Positions 10,699 through 20,000 of a stretch of DNA of 20,000 nucleotides are shown in pieces. Numbering within the stretch: the stretch's first letter is position 1; each line of letters starts with the position of its first letter. The stretch is from assembly GCA_026025075.1 (NCBI GenBank), contig JAPEUI010000009.1:242334-262333 (forward strand). Reading direction: 5' to 3'. The translations under genes and the position numbers were made by a program. The stretch comes from Vezdaea acicularis (lineage: Eukaryota). Below the pieces are notes generated by a model, which had not been told where the DNA came from, searched no databases, and saw only the letters and a list, made by a program, of their open reading frames with translations.

Positions 10699-12600
10699 AT
10701 GCAGGCGCCTGTGGTGGTTATGAGTATGTAGATTCCGAGAGCTAAAGCAAGTAGACCTTCATACTAGAACTAATGGGGGCCTGTAGATACACAAAATGGC
10801 GATAGACAAACAGGCCGAAAAGCTCAAATGTCAAATATTACTGCCGCAAAAACGTAAATACACGCGACATGCACCCTGAGCCACGCAGCTAACAAGTTGC
10901 AGTGTTGCCGATATCATAAGGTCATGTCTTGGGCCCAAGGCAATGTTGAAGATGTTGCTAGACCCTATGGGCGGTATCGTGTTGACAAACGATGGTCATG
11001 CTATACTTCGAGAGATTGAAGTGTCCCATCCGGCTGCGAAAAGCATGATCGAGTTGAGTCGAACGCAGGATGAGGAGGTGGGAGATGGGACGACGACAGT
11101 CATTATTCTAGGTAGGAACACCTAGCGCAAGGAAATATCGGTCGTTACTAAGACAGCTGAAGCCGGCGAAATACTTGCGCAGGCACTCCCGCAGCTAGAA
11201 AGGAATATACATCCCGTTGTCATCATTTCCGCCTTCAAACGCGCTCTCAGCGATGCCCTCGAAATTATCGAAGAGGTTTCTTTACCTGTCGACGTTCACG
11301 ATGATAAAGCTATGTATAGCTTGATATCGAGCTCTATTGGCACTAAGTTCGTCTCGAGATGGTCTGAACTCATGTGTAATTTGGCTCTCAAAGCAGTGCG
11401 TACTGTATCACACGATGTGGGCGGTGGAAAGAAAGAGGTTGATATCAAACGGTATGCACGCGTAGAGAAAATACCCGGAGGAGAGATTGAAGATAGCAGA
11501 GTACTGGATGGCGTCATGCTCAACAAAGACATCACGCATCCCAAGATGAGGAGGAGAATAGAAAATCCGCGTATTGTCCTGCTTGACTGCCCTCTCGAAT
11601 ATAAGAAAGGAGAGTCTCAAACGAATATCGAGATCAGCAAAGAAGATGACTGGAATCGTATCTTACAAATAGAAGAGGAGCAAGTTAAAGCGATGTGCGA
11701 TTCAATTCTAGCACTAAAGCCGGACCTGGTCATCACTGAGAAGGGAGTTTCAGGTCCGTTTTCCTACTTCGTGCACACCATCAAGTCCAGCTAGTTGTTT
11801 GCTGACATTGTCTAGACCTTGCGCAACATTTTCTCCTGAAGGGAAATGTGACCGCTCTGCGTCGAGTACGGAAAACCGACAACAATCGCATCGCAAGAGC
11901 TACAGGGGCAACAATTGTAAATCGGGTAGACGATTTGCAAGAGTCAGATGTCGGAACCCAGTGTGGCCTGTTCGAAATAGAGAAGATTGGAGATGAATAT
12001 TTCACTTTTATTACGAAATGTCGGACACCCAAGGCTTGCACAATCTTACTTCGTGGCCCTTCGAAAGACATCTTGAATGAGATTGAACGTAATTTACAAG
12101 ATGCAATGTCCGTTGCTCGAAATGTGATATTTCATCCTCGACTATCGCCTGGGGGAGGCGCAACAGAGATGGCGGTATCAGTACGTCTTGCACAGAAGGC
12201 AAAGAGCATCGAGGGTGTTCAGCAATGGCCCTATAAAGCTGTTGCTGAGGCAATGGAAGTTATTCCTCGAACCTTGATTCAGAATTCTGGTAGCAGCCCA
12301 GTCAGAGTCCTTACCCAGCTTCGTGCTAGGCATGCAGAAGGGGAAAGTAGCTGGGGCATTGATGGTGAGAAGGGAACCTTGGTTGACATGAAGGACTACG
12401 GCGTGTGGGAGCCTGAAGCAGTCAAGTTGCAGAGTATAAAGACCGCCGTCGAGGTAAGCTGTCCCGGAAGATTCATTGTGTACGGAAACTGCTGACAGTA
12501 CATCCAGTCAGCATGCTTACTGCTCAGGGTGGATGATATCTGCGCTGCAAAATCCGCCAAACAGGCTGGAGGGCCCATAGGAGGTGGAGGTGAAGATTGA
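10699..12600 (+). CDS. CCT3: T-complex protein 1 subunit gamma (CCT/TRiC chaperonin), 540 aa. Exons 10699-10723, 10787-10853, 10903-11111, 11163-11753, 11816-12453, 12508-12600.
   Basis: N-terminus MQAPVVVMNTQNGDRQTGRKAQMSNITAAKTVADIIRSCLGPKAMLKMLLDPMGG, plus GDGTTT, VEKIPGG, LEYKKGESQTNIEI and GGGATEM motifs. Five GT-AG introns give 1623 nt in frame. Confidence 0.97.
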
Positions 12601-12865
12601 TCATCGAAAGCGTGGCGAATGACGGTCAAACTCTGTATAAGGACACCAGGTATTCTCATAAGAGAGCATTTGCATAGCGAGGTAGCCTAGACCAATCATC
12701 CTAATTGTCTATGATCATGTTTGATTACCTTTGATCTCTTGGATATCCCTCGCGGCCTAAGCTATCAGAAAATGCTCAGGCAGGCCACGGATCTCCGATC
12801 TCCACAACCTGCAGTCCTGCAGCCCCGCGGTCATGCCGCCAAACCCTAGTTATACTTCGAATGTT

Positions 12866-13474
12866 CTAGTCATCGTCGTGTATAACAAGGCCTACTTCAG
12901 TAGCTTGTTGTACGCCGCCATAGCCATCATTGGGTTGTGTCTGAAGCGGTGGCTCGTTATTCTCGGCCAATGTCCCGGAGACTTGAGAGTTCAGGCGTAC
13001 CAAAGGCTCTCCTGCTGTTGTTGCTATTGCTTCTTTTGACTGCCCTTTCTTTGCCTTTTTCTTCTCTCTCCTAGCCTTGTTCTTGATGGTCTTCGCTCTG
13101 TCTCGTTCGCGCAATTCTACCTGCTTCCTCTTGAACTCCTCATCTTCCTTCTCTCTCTGTACTTCTTCGTCCATTAACCGTAATCTTTCGTATTCTCTGC
13201 GTCTGCTCGCCTTGTACACGTGAAATTCTCCTGATCCTGCCCCAGCACTTGACCCTTGTACGTTCGCGACTATTTCAGGTGGAGCGGGCAAACTTCGTCC
13301 ATTCCCATCATTAGTGGCAGAAGAGGGCACCGAGATTTCGCGCTCAGGATGTGCAAAGAGTGCCTCTACCTGTGATGCTTGAGCAGTTGTTGGTGTTAAT
13401 GCTCGGCGTTTGAGTGGGCGCCTCGAGCGAGGGTCCTGTGAAGTAGGTATTGATTCCGGGATCGGTTCCGACAT
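12866..13474 (-). CDS. PRKRIP1: PRKR-interacting protein 1 family (DUF1168) protein, 202 aa, intronless
   Basis: Signature PPEIVANVQGSSAGAGSGEFHVYKASRRREYERL followed by a basic coiled-coil segment. Likely start is MSEPIPESIPTSQDPRS at 13474; the upstream extension of the ORF looks non-coding. Confidence 0.88.
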   Translation of the reverse strand: MSEPIPESIPTSQDPRSRRPLKRRALTPTTAQASQVEALFAHPEREISVPSSATNDGNGRSLPAPPEIVANVQGSSAGAGSGEFHVYKASRRREYERLRLMDEEVQREKEDEEFKRKQVELRERDRAKTIKNKARREKKKAKKGQSKEAIATTAGEPLVRLNSQVSGTLAENNEPPLQTQPNDGYGGVQQATEVGLVIHDDD

Positions 13475-14012
13475 CTTCAAATTCAGAGGGAAAAGTTCAT
13501 GGTCTTGAAGGGTATATTGGGCAGAATGGGCAAAGCACCAGCTAAGATATGAAAGAGAGTACCAGCGCTTCAGTTGGCCTCCCGAACATACTTTAGGTGA
13601 GATTCCCGGGCTCTCAGTGTTGCGTAACGACATAAGTTTCGAGAGCCTCTGCAAGCTCGGAAACTTCCGTGGTACCCCAGGAACATTCTGCCGGTTATGC
13701 GAAAGACCTAAACACATCAATGAAATCCTGTAAAGAATTGTGACTCTATTGTGTAAAGTGAGATTTTGCTGAGATATAAGAAGCTTTAAAACTAGACGGT
13801 TTAGATTTGACATTAAGTACACGAATCATTCAAGTTGAAGAGCCCTCGTGTCCACTACGCTCATCTTGCCTGCATGACAATAGCGGGATCAACATCTCCT
13901 AGAGGTATCTACGCTGTGTTAGACTCTGGCAATGACATCAACTTGTCGACTGGAATGTTTCTCCTTGATATCCACTATTGAAGGACGAACCTAAACCCTT
14001 CTTTCGTCCAAA
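13475..14012. promoter_or_regulatory. Probable shared promoter region between the divergent PRKRIP1 and histidine phosphatase genes
   Basis: 538 bp between divergent start codons, with an AT-rich core near 13720-13830 including TATAAG. Positional inference. Confidence 0.45.
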
Positions 14013-15644
14013 ATGGGCAAACCACGAGTTTGTGACCAAGCCATTGGTATATCGATGATGCTGATTGAGGATAGATGATAATATTGATTCGGCATGCCCA
14101 GTCAGAAGGAAATAGTAAGTTTGATACAGTTATTTTGCATTGATCGCGCTGAGAATTCAACAGGAAATAGAGATATCCATCAGACGGTGCCAGACCATAG
14201 AGTTAAATTAACACAGGATGGTTGGCAGCAGGTATACGGACCTTCGGATAGAGAATGAAAATTGGTTCTGATCTGCTTGTGAGTAGGCCGAAGAGGCTGG
14301 CACAAAGCTTCGATCAATGTTAAGGTCCGACGATACCCTACACTTCTTCACGAGCCCTTATCAGAGAACTAGAGAAACAACGGAAGGTAAGCCGAAATCT
14401 TGGCATTCTATATCCATTTTATACATCTTCAGGACTCGTTGGCCGGTCTTACGTTGAGAGCATGCAAGATTTGCACTCGAAGCTGCAGAGCTAATAAGCA
14501 AAGGTATTTTGCGGTCATTGACCTCTGAATCGCAAACCCCCTCGCCCTTTCCACGTCACTCTATCAAAGTTTATGAAGAGCCTCGTCTACGAGAACAGGA
14601 TTTTGGAAATTTCCAACCAGATTCCTCTGAAATGGAGCGCATGTGGCAAGAACGGGCCGATTACGGCCACTTCTTCTACCGTATCCCGAATGGAGAATCA
14701 GCCGCCGATGCATATGACAGAATAAGTGGGTTCAACGAAAGCTTGTGGCGACAGTTCGGGGAAGACACATTTGCTAGCGTCTGTGTACTTGTCACACATG
14801 GGCTTATGACTAGGGTGTTCTTGATGAAATGGTAAGGAATCTGTGGCCAATGTCGGTCAGACTGCTGACCTTCCATTCAAGGTATCACTTCAGTGTTGAA
14901 TATTTCGAGGATCTAAGAAACGTCAATCATTGCGAGTTTGTCATTATGAAAAAGAACGACGAAACTGGTAGATATGCCCTTGAGAACCGTTTACGCACTT
15001 GGTCCGAATGGAAAAAGCAAAAGCATCTGAAGGAAGGAGAACAAAGTACTAACGCCAATGGAAGCTCTGAGATTCCTGTGCGGAAAGAATGGGGCGGCTG
15101 CTTTAGTGCTCAAGGAGATGAGAAGCCAGGTACTGTAAATGAAGGGGACACCGGCGGCGCTGCCCGAAGTGAAACCATACAAACAACTTCCGAATCCCAG
15201 TGTCCTAAGGGGCCCTCGTTAGGTCAGGCCTATTTGGACCAAACTTCTGGACGTTCGGAGATATCCACAGCTGCCCAGGGGAATATCAAGGACGCTATGC
15301 ATTCATCAACTATGGATGCTCCAATGATTGCGCCATCGATCAACCGGACTAGCCGGTTCAAAGCATCGCGTGTTTCTGTGCTGCGGACTGGAAGAGACGG
15401 AGGGGGTTCATGGTCAGGTGTTCCTAGTGAAGCGGGCAGCTCAGATGAGGATGGGGAGGCAAAAGGGGTAACGCGTGATCCAGCGATAGCACACACGGAA
15501 ATCTTCAAAAGTGAGTCGGGCATGGGGACAGGGGCTAAAGCCGACGCGCTGGGCGATCAAAGCGAAACGGACCCAGAGGATGAAGACACCTCGATTGCGC
15601 TCGTGGAATCTGCGGAATCTAGCGTCAGAAGCAGCGTCTATTGA
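14013..15644 (+). CDS. Histidine phosphatase / phosphoglycerate mutase-family protein (Det1-like), about 437 aa. Exons 14013-14027, 14075-14114, 14164-14231, 14287-14386, 14504-14831, 14882-15644.
   Basis: Spliced product MGKPR|MIILIRHAQSEGN (RHG-type motif, here RHA), then SPYQRTRETT, EEPRLREQDFGNFQ, PNGESAADAYDR and LVTHGLMTRVFLMKWYHFSVE. Total 1314 nt in frame, with a disordered acidic C-terminal tail. Confidence 0.9.
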
Positions 15645-17215
15645 TCGTTCTCTTCCATTCAAAAGTTTGCATGGCTTTCTTGGCCCAGGAAAATCGGCAG
15701 GGTGGAGGATTAAAAGCCATTGCAAGGCGTTTCTAGCATCTGTGCAATTACTTGGCGTTAAGGATCTACAACTGTTGCATTTTTCACTCACGATAAAGCT
15801 CGGGAGACCGAATATGACTTAATTAACTTCGCTTTGCTGCCGAAATAACCAACACATTGCCCTCACTTCAACGTGCACGGAGGTCTAAAATTGCTCCCCG
15901 AACCAAGAATTCCATCGTTGACTAGAAGCGTTGAACAATATATCAATGTACTGTGAGATATTCTTCTACCTTGGGCGTGACATTCAGAGTGTTGTTGTCG
16001 ATGAGTATGAGTAAAAATTGGAAAGATCGAGATGGTCACCTGTTTCTTCGTAGCCGTGAATTTGCGACTATGTCTTAACATTGTTGGAATGTACAGCGAT
16101 GCAATTTCTATCACTTTCAACGACGATAAGGCATGTACTTCAGTAAAGACTTACCATCACGAACTGAGTCCCATGACTTTGACGCGCAATCTTATGGGAC
16201 CGAGACAGAACGAACCGCTAATGGGTTGGACATGTTACTGCAACCTGAAACTCGGGATTTGGTAGAGGCCTAATCGTATTATGCGCTCGAACCACGATGG
16301 CCGGTATCCCCCAGATCGAGGTCCGCTCCTGAAGGATTCCGCCGTGTCTCAAACCACTCTTCAATCCGTGCTCCCTTCAGCCCGGTACTCCAATAACTCT
16401 AGGCGGGCAAACTTCAAATTATTCATGAATCACGCTCGGGATGTTCAAATTGAAGTCGATGAATAATGGTTAATGTAGAGCTGTCGCATCTTTCCCGTCT
16501 TTCGCTGGTTGACCGAAATCTGGCGCCAACATAGTATCATATTCTTTTCCTATCTTCCTGCATAAGGAATTGTTAGATCAATCTCCGGTCGAGTACCGTC
16601 TTCACGGTTCTCGACCTCGGCACTCCCGAAACTCTCAATTCCCGCAAGGTCGGGATCGAGAATCGATCGAAGGAGGGGACGTGAGTGTCCACACTACCTT
16701 CCCAATGGCGAAGTTCTCCACGTTTCTCGTTTCTCGTTTCTTTGCTATTGCCCGGGAAGGGTCTGTGCTCTCTTCTAAGACTGTTTTCACTGTCAGCGAC
16801 TTGGGCTGGCTGACCTTGCCACCACCACTCCTCTGCTCTAGGCGGGCATGTTTCGGTTCACATGCGTGAAACGATGACCACACAGGTCCTGTATATACGG
16901 CGCGTGCTTGCCTAATTACGCACAATGTCTCTGAAAAGGTCTCCGCGCAATGCTTGCGAGATCTTCACGTTTCTTTTCATCACATACCCTTCTGCGACCA
17001 TTTGATAGCATGCTATTTGATCTTCGTGGCTTGCTGGCTGAAAGTCCGTTAGGAAATGATTCCGGGTCCTTATAGACTGTTCTAGTCTAATGGGATACCT
17101 GTGATCATTTAACATCCTTCCCTAGACAGGTGACCACTCTGGTGCCTTTTCGACCCCGGACATCCGCGAGTCGGCGTGGCCTTCACAAGGCTTCGCAACG
17201 TGGCAATCTCCGAGC

Positions 17216-19033
17216 ATGGCTACTCGAACGATGACTTCCAACGCTTACCCAAGCGCTATGGCAATGAGTGCGCTTTTCTATGGCTACGCAGGGAATAGTG
17301 CAAACTCCGCATATTCGACTCCGCCCACGGCTTGGTGGGATGAGAAGAGAATAATGTCAACCGTTACTAGAAGCTATATCATGGCTAGGCTTGGGGACGA
17401 ACAGCGTCGCCTATTGGACGACTCTGTTTCATTCGGGCAAGGCTTGACCGACGAGACTTATTGTGACTGGATTCTTACCAAAGCGAAGCGGTTATTTCTT
17501 ATTTTGACTGATGTTGGGCTACCTGAAGCAATCTTCCGGATCATAGATCAATCGCTAGACGACGAAGACTTACCTCTTACTCACAAATCTTTAGAGCACC
17601 TGGCGTTTAGTGATGGAATTGACGAAACCCTAGCCAAGAAATTCTACAAACGACAGTTCACCTACATGCTCCGCAGTCCTGTTGAGGGTAACCATATATC
17701 TTACGCGGCGGATGAAGTTGTACCAATCGAGCCAATCATGCGCCGTCCAACTCTCGTGGGATTACAAGCTGCTGAGAAGGTCATAATCTCTAACGAAGGA
17801 GACAAGGTCTTCGTACGTCGGCGAATATCATTAGGTGAAGGAGATGGAAAAATGCATGAGCAGGTCTTCCTCCATGACGTGGAGGCAATGAAATCAGCTG
17901 CACATAAACATCTTATCTCTATCTTTGCCACGTACACTTATCAAGATGCTGGATACGTCCTCCTTACACCTGCGTGCGACATACCTCTCAAGAATTTCAT
18001 CCAGATACCGCCTCCACACTTTAGAAACCTCGAGAAACAAGAACGCAGGAAAATAATCCTTTCGTGGCTGCATTGCCTATCCGAAGCTTTGACATTCGTA
18101 CATGATAAAAACATTCATCATGGAGAAGTTCAACCTTCAAATATATTTATCGATTCCTCCAATAACATAATTCTTGGCGTCATCTCAAGCTATAGAAAGT
18201 TGAGGACTGATCGACGTCCTAATACTCTAGAGTCGTACGAGTATGGCCCTCCAGAGAAATGGGTAGGGGCGACAAATGCATCTTCTTCCCTGAGTCTACG
18301 ACGAAAAGCGTCGACAACAAGGAAATGGAAGCTCTCGATACAGAGCGCTCCAACGCCTGTCACTGAATCATTCAATTTCTCGAGTGGTGATTGCTCACCG
18401 ATATCCGCTCGAAGTTGGCCCACGAGAAGTGCAAATATTGGAAAAGGGTGGAAAAGCGATCCGTACGATTCTCAAAAAGCTGATATCTTCTCCCTTGGAT
18501 GTGTCTATCTCGACATTCTCAGCTTTCTAATGAAGAAGAAGCTTGCCTCGTTTGTCTCGCAGCGATCCGCAAAGAACAAGAAAGGATGGAACTCGGCTCC
18601 TCCCGACACATCTTTCCATGCAAACCGGGAACAGGTAGACGAATGGATTGACATGCTACGGAAAGATTCCTTTCGCCGAAAAGAACAAGTTTTTGATGGC
18701 GTTCCAGCGATATTAGCAACATGTCAGGCTATGCTTGGGCTTAACCCGAATCAGAGACCGGAGGCCTGGGAAATTGAAGAGAAGATGGCAGATATCATTA
18801 CTGGCATGTGCCGTATCCCAGAGCTGCACTGTGGCCATCACGCCGAGCCAGAGGGTCAATGGGATTTCTGTTGTTCGGGCAGTGTCCGTGATGTGCCATT
18901 GTCAAGGTTGAGGAACCCACAGCGGACTGCATCGAACGATTCAGCCATTTCAATGAGACAAGAAGTCAAACCCTGGGAACTTCCTGCTAATCCTGTAACA
19001 CCGTCGGTAGTTGGCTGTGGAGTTGCATATTAG
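17216..19033 (+). CDS. Protein kinase-fold protein, probable pseudokinase, 605 aa, intronless
   Basis: Kinase-like segments HKHLISIFATY, CLSEALTFVHDKNIHHGEVQPSNIFID, YEYGPPE, KADIFSLGCVYLDIL and NPNQRPEA, preceded by an N-terminal extension of about 170 aa. Confidence 0.85.
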   Translation: MATRTMTSNAYPSAMAMSALFYGYAGNSANSAYSTPPTAWWDEKRIMSTVTRSYIMARLGDEQRRLLDDSVSFGQGLTDETYCDWILTKAKRLFLILTDVGLPEAIFRIIDQSLDDEDLPLTHKSLEHLAFSDGIDETLAKKFYKRQFTYMLRSPVEGNHISYAADEVVPIEPIMRRPTLVGLQAAEKVIISNEGDKVFVRRRISLGEGDGKMHEQVFLHDVEAMKSAAHKHLISIFATYTYQDAGYVLLTPACDIPLKNFIQIPPPHFRNLEKQERRKIILSWLHCLSEALTFVHDKNIHHGEVQPSNIFIDSSNNIILGVISSYRKLRTDRRPNTLESYEYGPPEKWVGATNASSSLSLRRKASTTRKWKLSIQSAPTPVTESFNFSSGDCSPISARSWPTRSANIGKGWKSDPYDSQKADIFSLGCVYLDILSFLMKKKLASFVSQRSAKNKKGWNSAPPDTSFHANREQVDEWIDMLRKDSFRRKEQVFDGVPAILATCQAMLGLNPNQRPEAWEIEEKMADIITGMCRIPELHCGHHAEPEGQWDFCCSGSVRDVPLSRLRNPQRTASNDSAISMRQEVKPWELPANPVTPSVVGCGVAY

Positions 19034-19818
19034 AGTAACATATATGGGAGCTCGTTCGAGTTTGATATGTTACTGATCATAGTTTAAGCCTGTAGGCTTG
19101 GTGCTGTGGTTTGGCGTTCAGGAGCTTTGGCAGACTTGGCGTTCGGCGCGACGGATATACCATAAATGTTGACTTGAACATGCATTTTGGCGTACTAGCG
19201 ACAATAACCGCAATAGAAATGACCCATAATCGTTACTCAGAACCGGCGATGATACTGGCACGAATTATGAAAGATATACGTAAGGTAATTCATGTCAGCA
19301 TTAGCGCATTTAAAGATCCCAGGTTAACATCGTGTTCCTTTGATTCGACGGTCCACCAAGTTGACTGTTAAGCTACTCGTAAGAAAATTGCCTAGAACCA
19401 GGTAATTAAAGAAAACACGAGAGAATTCGGCAATCGGAAGCAATCTAACACCATTGTGCGTGTGGGGTGAAATCAGAAGCCAATGTTCGTTTTCATCAAA
19501 ACCGGTCTTCTGGAAATTACCATCCTTGGACCTGACGATGCCACGAATATGGCCCAGAGGATTATGAATAGATGTCGAGAGGACATGCTACAATAGAACC
19601 TCATCTAGTTCTAAGAACAAAACAATGCTTTTCACATTGTGTGGAACAAAGAATGGAGCTCGCTTCGCTTTAACCCCAACTCTGACTCGTTCATTTTCCG
19701 CCAAATGTTGCATAGAACTGGCCCTAACATCAAAGGTTAAGCTTAAACGCTTGGGAAAGCTTATGTACACGTAATTAAGGGTTAAATTGTAACACTAGTG
19801 CTCGCACCTACTCGCTGT

Positions 19819-20000
19819 TTAGGGTCAGGGTCAGGGTCAGGGTTAGGGTTAGGGTCAGGGTTAGGGTTAGGGTCAGGGTTAGGGTTAGGGTTAGGGTTAG
19901 GGTTAGGGTTAGGGTTAGGGTTAGGGTTAGGGTTAGGGTTAGGGTTAGGGTTAGGGTTAGGGTTAGGGTTAGGGTTAGGGTTAGGGTTAGGGTTAGGGTT
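19819..20000 (+). repeat. Telomeric repeat array (TTAGGG)n: 30 full units plus TT, running to the end of the window, with five proximal TCAGGG variants
   Basis: Read directly. The G-rich strand runs 5'->3' toward the end, the expected orientation for a right chromosome terminus. Confidence 0.98.

Noticed and set aside
13475..13822. 116-aa N-terminal extension of the PRKRIP1 ORF
   Set aside because: Starts at a non-ATG codon, has non-protein-like composition and covers the divergent promoter. MSEPIPES is the more plausible start.
14387..14503. 117-nt phosphatase intron with an internal TTCAG as a possible stwintron or hidden microexon
   Set aside because: Removing the first part does not recreate a GT donor, and the protein reads continuously (ETTEG|ILRSL) without an extra exon.
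19720..19800. Telomere-like fragments (CCCTAAC, TTAAGGGTT) and short palindromes (TTAAGCTTAA, CACTAGTG) just before the array
   Set aside because: Short, unphased and in AT-rich sequence, so they cannot be distinguished from chance without comparing other chromosome ends.
19034..19818. Short ORFs between the pseudokinase and the telomere (19111-19371, 19588-19770 and a stop-free minus-strand stretch near 19325-19585)
   Set aside because: No helicase, reverse transcriptase or transposase motifs recognised, and the lengths are compatible with chance.

Overview
This is the right-hand end of a eukaryotic chromosome, most likely from a filamentous ascomycete (inferred from short GT-AG introns with CTRAY branch sites and a TTAGGG telomere). 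Eight protein-coding genes could be reconstructed by hand: an EAF-domain elongation factor (-), COG8/Dor1 (-), a 6-exon UBE2O-like E2 enzyme (+), an orphan 2-exon protein (+), CCT3 (+, 6 exons), PRKRIP1/DUF1168 (-), a histidine-phosphatase/PGM-family gene (+, 6 exons) and an intronless probable pseudokinase (+). They are followed by about 30 telomeric repeats with five proximal TCAGGG variants. The most notable points are the near absence of a subtelomere (core genes run to about 0.8 kb from the telomere), the patterned variant repeats, an 88-bp-period duplication diverged almost only by transitions, degenerate splice signals with microexons, and a GC drop towards the chromosome end. I found no clear evidence for a new multi-gene system. 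Gene identities come from motif recognition, not database searches.
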